Source of the DNA: Methanothrix sp.
GTDB lineage: Archaea > Halobacteriota > Methanosarcinia > Methanotrichales > Methanotrichaceae
Direction of reading: 5' to 3'
Assembly: GCA_963682135.1 (NCBI GenBank)
Contig: OY821645.1
Span: 2,112,001 to 2,176,000 of the forward strand
DNA: 64,000 nt
Shown here: piece by piece, positions 59,307 through 64,000 of the stretch
Numbering within the stretch: the stretch's first letter is position 1
Layout: the number at the start of each line of letters is the position of its first letter
Position numbers and translations under genes: made by a program
The notes under the pieces: model-generated
Database searches by the model: none
The model's input: the letters and a program-made list of their open reading frames with translations, nothing else
What the model was told of the DNA's origin: nothing

Positions 59307-60254
59307 TTGGTAGACCTCTTCGGCAAAAAGAAGCTGGAAGATCGCATTTTGGAGCTGCAGGCTCTATTGGCCAAGCAGGAGGGCGAAAAGGAGGAGCTTC
59401 TGCGAACCCTGGAAAAGCGGGACGAGAAGATGCGCAAACTCACTTCAGCCAATCAAGAAGCCAATTTAGCCCTTAAAGCTGCTGAGCAAAAGGCTGCCGC
59501 GATCTCTTTGACCTCGGCACCGGCGCAGGCCGTAACTGATGCATATGATGGGCAAAAGACAAAGGCAAGAAAGCTGAGCAGAAGAGAGATGCTCCACCTC
59601 CTGGAGAGGCTCAAGACCTGCCGCTCTCCCAAAGATGACCTCCTGGCATCATATTACCCAGGTACCGCTGCAGAGGACGACGCTATCCCTTCGCAAATCA
59701 AGAAGGCGGCTTCTGCCATCAAGTCCCGGCGAGGCGGAATAATCCTGCACAGTCCCCTGCTCTTCACCCTGCTGCTCATCCCACCTTTTCCCATCCAGGA
59801 GAGCCTTACTAGGGAAGGGAGCGCCTTTGTCCTCGATCCTCTGGAGGAGATGATGGATACACCCGTGCTCGTCGCCCTGGCCCATGCCGGAGAGACCTTC
59901 CTGGGGGTGGCCTTAAGCCACGAGGGCTTTCTGGCGGAAGAGATGGTGGAAAGCTCGGTAATGGGAAAGCACTCCAAAGGCGGGTGGAGCCAGAAAAGGT
60001 TTGAGAGGCTGCGTGAAGAGGAGATCAAGAGCCACGCAGATCTTACTGCGGAAAAACTGGCAGCCTTGATGGGCAAATATAAAGCCCTCCTCAAATATGC
60101 TGTGCTTTCCGGCGATGAGAGCCTCATTCGCCAGATCGCTCCCGCAATCGAGCTGCCGCTGGTAGAGAGAACGCTTTCTCACCACGAGGAACGAAAGACA
60201 AAGGAACTCTTGGAAGAGGTTTATGGCTTTACCTGTTATAGACTTGATATTTAG
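59307..60254 (+). CDS. Vms1/Ankzf1-like (VLRF1) peptidyl-tRNA hydrolase domain protein with N-terminal coiled coil
   Basis: VMGKHSKGGWSQKRFERLREE motif; GGAGG RBS before TTG 59307. Confidence 0.82.
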   Translation: MVDLFGKKKLEDRILELQALLAKQEGEKEELLRTLEKRDEKMRKLTSANQEANLALKAAEQKAAAISLTSAPAQAVTDAYDGQKTKARKLSRREMLHLLERLKTCRSPKDDLLASYYPGTAAEDDAIPSQIKKAASAIKSRRGGIILHSPLLFTLLLIPPFPIQESLTREGSAFVLDPLEEMMDTPVLVALAHAGETFLGVALSHEGFLAEEMVESSVMGKHSKGGWSQKRFERLREEEIKSHADLTAEKLAALMGKYKALLKYAVLSGDESLIRQIAPAIELPLVERTLSHHEERKTKELLEEVYGFTCYRLDI

Positions 60255-60278
60255 ACCCATTTTCCGGAAGGGCGGGAA

Positions 60279-61118
60279 ATGAACGACCACACTGTGGAAA
60301 TGAAAGAGGGAGAGGGTCCGGAAGAGCTCGCCCGTGCCTGGGACTGGCATGTGCGAAGAAAAGCCGCCTGGAGCGCGGACACGCCTGAGAATATCCTGGA
60401 TGCGCTGGCCAGAGACAAGGTGCAATGGGTGAGGGAAGCCGTCGCCGGCAATGCCCGAGCATCAGCGCAGGCGCTGGCACGGCTGGCGGAGGACAGTTCG
60501 GGATATGTGCGGGCGGCGGTGGCATTGAATCGCCGCGCCAGCAGCGAGCTATTGGAGATGCTGGCGGCTGACGAGATGGTGGACTACGACTGCACTCTGC
60601 AAAAGAACCGTTATCTTGTAAAGGAGGCAGCGGCAAAAAGTCCGCAGGTCAATTCCCGGACACTGGACTTTCTCGCCAGAGATGCCGAGGAGCATGTCCG
60701 AGCGGCAGCGGCACAAAATCCCCTGCTGTCCGCGCAGTCGATGAGCAAGATGGTCAAGGATATTTTCTGGGAGGTGCGAAACAACATTGCCCAAAATCCG
60801 TCCACGCCTGAGGATTTGCTCATCTACCTCTCCGCCGACAGGATCATGGACGTGCGGGCAACAGCTGCGCAAAATCCCCGCACGCCCGCGCAGGCGCTCG
60901 CGGCTCTTGCAGCCGACAGGAGCTGGGAGGTCAGGGAAGCGCTGGCCCGCAACGAAAAGCTGGAAGGCAAGATACTGGATGAGCTTGCCGGGCACTGGTC
61001 CTGGATGGTGCGGGCGGCGGTGGCGGAAAATCCCAACACACCCGCAGGGACTCTGAAACGGCTGGCAGAGGATCAGGATCAGAGCGTTCAAAAGGCGGCG
61101 CGGGGGAGGATGGGGTAG
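60279..61118 (+). CDS. HEAT/leucine-rich-variant (LRV) repeat protein
   Basis: ~24-aa repeats LAxDxxWxVRxAxAxNPxTP. Confidence 0.88.
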   Translation: MNDHTVEMKEGEGPEELARAWDWHVRRKAAWSADTPENILDALARDKVQWVREAVAGNARASAQALARLAEDSSGYVRAAVALNRRASSELLEMLAADEMVDYDCTLQKNRYLVKEAAAKSPQVNSRTLDFLARDAEEHVRAAAAQNPLLSAQSMSKMVKDIFWEVRNNIAQNPSTPEDLLIYLSADRIMDVRATAAQNPRTPAQALAALAADRSWEVREALARNEKLEGKILDELAGHWSWMVRAAVAENPNTPAGTLKRLAEDQDQSVQKAARGRMG

Positions 61119-61297
61119 GAGATAATGCCAGGCAATTCAATATGAAATAAAAGAAATCTATACCATTCAAATCAGCTTAAATCTTCTTTTAATCCTAAAT
61201 AATTAGCAGCTCTCTTTTGCTATTATTTTTAATTCGTCATTTAGATATTAAAAAAATTTCGGATATTGCAATAGTTTCTAGATATCAGCTTTTGTAT

Positions 61298-61528
61298 TTA
61301 TTCATTTTCTGGTTCTTCAACTATGTCCATATCCATAGATTCAGCCAGGTCATCGATCAAAGGCCCAAGCTTCTCCTTCATCTCAGGCTTCAGTTCAATC
61401 ATCTTAAAGAATATCAGCATCTTGCTCGACATGCAGATATCCTCAAGCTCTGCATTGATTCCTTCCAGGTTATCGTTGATGGAGGCAAGCGTTTCGGCGA
61501 TCTCTTTCATGGTTTCATCTTTTGACAT
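61298..61528 (-). CDS. Small acidic hypothetical protein
   Basis: 76-aa ORF with helical, acidic composition, co-oriented with neighbours. Confidence 0.7.
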   Translation of the reverse strand: MSKDETMKEIAETLASINDNLEGINAELEDICMSSKMLIFFKMIELKPEMKEKLGPLIDDLAESMDMDIVEEPENE

Positions 61529-61593
61529 CTATCTAACACATCCCTTTCTGTCCTTTGCCAACTTTAGCAAATAATTGTATCTATGATTGCATT

Positions 61594-62163
61594 TTATTGT
61601 ACTTTCAACTTTATCGATTTTCCTAATGGATGCCTTGTTATGGCGCACTCCTTTAGATCCTGGCGCAATCCCTTAACTTCTAAGACGATCTCTTTTCTGG
61701 CATTGTCAATTTTGTCTGCGATATTTTCCTGCGCCCTGGCAATTCGATCCAGCTTTCCATCCATTTTGTCAAGCTTGCTATCCATGCTGCCCAGGCGCGA
61801 ATTTGTCTCCTTGAAGCCGCCCTTTACTACGACAATCAACTCTTTGAGGAATACCGTGGCTGTGTCCATCCGGGAGTCCGTCTCCCTATCCCCCGAGATC
61901 TTGTAGAATTCATCCCAGGCACCTTTCGGCTCGGAGAGCTGCACCTGCATATCTTCCACCTTGATCAGGGGATCATCCATTCGAATAGCCCGGCAGAACC
62001 TCTCCAGATCCGCCTTCTCACCTTGCGCGACCACCAATACTCGTTCGTCTGCTAAGTTCTTCACATATCCTTTAAGATCCAGGGTCCTGGCCATGGTTAC
62101 CACTCTGGACCGGTAGCCCACATGCTGAACCCTTCCCGATACTATTGCCGTGAGTTGGAGCAT
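61594..62163 (-). CDS. Acylphosphatase with C-terminal coiled coil
   Basis: SGRVQHVGYR, GYVKN catalytic Arg/Asn; heptads MDSKLDKMDGKLD. Confidence 0.9.
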   Translation of the reverse strand: MLQLTAIVSGRVQHVGYRSRVVTMARTLDLKGYVKNLADERVLVVAQGEKADLERFCRAIRMDDPLIKVEDMQVQLSEPKGAWDEFYKISGDRETDSRMDTATVFLKELIVVVKGGFKETNSRLGSMDSKLDKMDGKLDRIARAQENIADKIDNARKEIVLEVKGLRQDLKECAITRHPLGKSIKLKVQ

Positions 62164-62182
62164 TCTCTTGGGACTTGCATCT

Positions 62183-62704
62183 CTATTTATTTAAGGATAG
62201 CTTTCTATGAACTTTCGGCAGCGACTTGCAGCTTTCAGGAACCAGCGCCTCTTCTCTGCCAAGTTCAATAGCATCTTCCTGCGCTTCCAGATCAAATCCT
62301 GCCCTTTTCAACTCATGATTGGGTGTGCATACCTCCCGATCCAACCTCTCCGTTTTTGCAGGCGCATTCCGTAAATGAAATTCTATCATCTCTGAAGCTT
62401 CCTTGTCCGGCTTTATCTGCTCCTCTTGCCTGGGAAGGATCTTTTGAAAATCAATAAATTCCCCTGTTGGCTCTCTGTAGTCGATCAGAATCTCTTTGAC
62501 CACAATTTTTGCGTTGTCTATGCGTATTGCCCTGACGAATCTCGCCAAATCTTCTTTAGGTCCTTCGGCAATAATGAATGCTTTGCCGTCAGGAAGAATC
62601 TCGATATATCCTTTGAGGTCAAGGGTGCCGGCTAGGGTTACAACTATAGAGCTGTATCCAACTCCTTCTATATTTCCCGATACATGAGCAATAAGTCGCT
62701 TCAT
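62183..62704 (-). CDS. Acylphosphatase-like paralogue, catalytic residues substituted
   Basis: SGNIEGVGYSS, LDLKGYIEILPDG. Confidence 0.82.
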   Translation of the reverse strand: MKRLIAHVSGNIEGVGYSSIVVTLAGTLDLKGYIEILPDGKAFIIAEGPKEDLARFVRAIRIDNAKIVVKEILIDYREPTGEFIDFQKILPRQEEQIKPDKEASEMIEFHLRNAPAKTERLDREVCTPNHELKRAGFDLEAQEDAIELGREEALVPESCKSLPKVHRKLSLNK

Positions 62705-63351
62705 ATGATTCCAAAATATACCGGCAGCGCCAGCAGAATTGTAGGCAAGCCTACCAGCAGCCACACCATGCGGTTGCTGTCAAAGATCTTCTTACCGTCC
62801 AGGGGACCGATGGGAAGCAAGTTAAAGGCCGCTAAGGTGAGGTTGATGAACAAGGCGAATTTGGCTGCCATAGCAGCCGTGCCGCTTGATGGCGCAAACA
62901 ATAGTGCGAGAAAAAAGAATGCAGTTAAGATGATGTTGGTCATGGGCCCTGCCAGGGATATCCAGAGCGTCTCCTTTTTTATCTCTCTTTTCAGCTCCTC
63001 CTGGCCGAAGGAATCTTGCATATAGAATTCTGCTGTTGCAGCGGGCTTGCTTATCATAACTGCACCAGGCGCCGCGAAGATGAATCCGGCAAATGACGCG
63101 GCTACCGCGAACAACAGCCCCATCTGGTTGGCTCTGTACTCTGCAAAGTAGCCAAAGTGCAGTGCTACGAACTTATGTGCCATCTCGTGCAGCAAAAAGC
63201 CGGTACCTACACCCACTGTGATGATGAGGATAGTCTCGAAATCGGGAATTCTCTTCCCGTTCATCAGCACGGAAAAGGCAACAACCAGTGCTGCCAGCGA
63301 CAAAAGCAGATCTCTCAGCTCGGTGGAGCTGATGCGGTCAGCAATGCTCAT
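62701..63351 (-). CDS. Site-2 protease (M50) family metalloprotease
   Basis: LHEMAHK, AGPMTN, FNLLPIGPLDG. Confidence 0.93.
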   Translation of the reverse strand: MSIADRISSTELRDLLLSLAALVVAFSVLMNGKRIPDFETILIITVGVGTGFLLHEMAHKFVALHFGYFAEYRANQMGLLFAVAASFAGFIFAAPGAVMISKPAATAEFYMQDSFGQEELKREIKKETLWISLAGPMTNIILTAFFFLALLFAPSSGTAAMAAKFALFINLTLAAFNLLPIGPLDGKKIFDSNRMVWLLVGLPTILLALPVYFGII

Positions 63352-63383
63352 GCAAAATGGTTGCACGTGCTGACTATATCTCT

Positions 63384-63536
63384 TTATCCGTGAGTCAGGT
63401 AACCTAGTACTACCGCCAGCACGAACAGTACGGCCAGAAAGGCAAGACCATGCCAGGGTTGTATAGGGCCGCCTTCTCGTTTGCGTTTAGGTCTATTCTT
63501 CAGGATCTCTTCAGTCATCTTTTCCTGCTGCTTCAT
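63384..63536 (-). CDS. Small tail-anchored membrane protein (50 aa, missing from the ORF track)
   Basis: Hand translation MKQQEKMTEEILKNRPKRKREGGPIQPWHGLAFLAVLFVLAVVLGYLTHG*; fills the gap between co-oriented genes. Confidence 0.65.
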   Translation of the reverse strand: MKQQEKMTEEILKNRPKRKREGGPIQPWHGLAFLAVLFVLAVVLGYLTHG

Positions 63537-63577
63537 GGCGTCGCTCTTTTCTATCAGATCAAATCACCAGCCTTCTC

Positions 63578-63823
63578 TTACGCTATGATGCTTTTTATCT
63601 TTTCTTTTAGCCTCTTCTCGTCCTCTTCAGTGACAGGAATCTTGGCGGACATTGCGCATCTCTGGGGCATGGGGATCAGCTCATCTTCCAAGAGGTCGTA
63701 GTAAGCCTCATCAAGGCTGATCTCGTCCCTCGCGTATCTTTCTAAGATGGCTCTTATCTTCTCTTGTTTTGCCTTGCCGAGAGTATCTATCTTTTCCAGG
63801 GCCTTTTCTATCTGTTTGTACAC
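63578..63823 (-). CDS. Small conserved hypothetical protein
   Basis: 81-aa ORF; ISLDEAYYDLLEDELIPMPQRC. Confidence 0.72.
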   Translation of the reverse strand: MYKQIEKALEKIDTLGKAKQEKIRAILERYARDEISLDEAYYDLLEDELIPMPQRCAMSAKIPVTEEDEKRLKEKIKSIIA

Positions 63824-63928
63824 ACTTTTTCACTATTGCGAAGATTCATATTTATGCCTTATCCGCTCTCGCTTGTCCAAAGATATTTTATAGAAATTAT
63901 GACAGAAGCCTGGTGGGGGAAAGACATT

Positions 63929-64000
63929 TTGGCAGATGTGATTGATTACAATTTATATGGAAACGATATGCAGATCGTGGAGATAGAGCTGGATGCAGAT
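63929..64000 (+). CDS. 5' end of TIGR00266/AIM24 family protein (partial)
   Basis: TTG start; MADVIDYNLYGNDMQIVEIELD. Confidence 0.8.
   Translation, partial: MADVIDYNLYGNDMQIVEIELDAD

Overview
Archaeal housekeeping-rich window, most likely from a Methanothrix (Methanosaeta)-like methanogen. This is inferred from the Methanosarcinales-type duplicated S-layer protein, PGF-CTERM tails, F420:NADP oxidoreductase, ahb heme genes, Lsm-L37e-purF synteny and BRE/TATA promoters. It holds about 65 CDS, including cca, HDAC, S-layer, ribBA, tsr3, valS, argS, trm1, pyrC, purF and asd. I saw no tRNA, rRNA, CRISPR array or transposase. The most notable observations are: (1) three or four unannotated ~60-100 nt hairpin RNA candidates, each with its own TATA box a fixed 23 nt before the predicted 5' end, three with C-rich anti-Shine-Dalgarno-like loops, plus a 75-nt four-way-junction fold next to trm1; (2) a secreted-protein cluster (NosD-like, two rhodaneses with CxxC motifs but no canonical catalytic Cys, subtilase) sharing one Ig-like module; (3) a catalytically eroded DNA-ligase homologue apparently split by an AT-rich TPR island inside a wHTH-ligase-SPL-like radical SAM operon; (4) a divergent OxlT-like transporter/gamma-carbonic anhydrase pair with repeated operator-like motifs; (5) several pseudo-enzymes and reading-frame anomalies. 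All calls come from reading motifs by eye; no database search or folding program was run.
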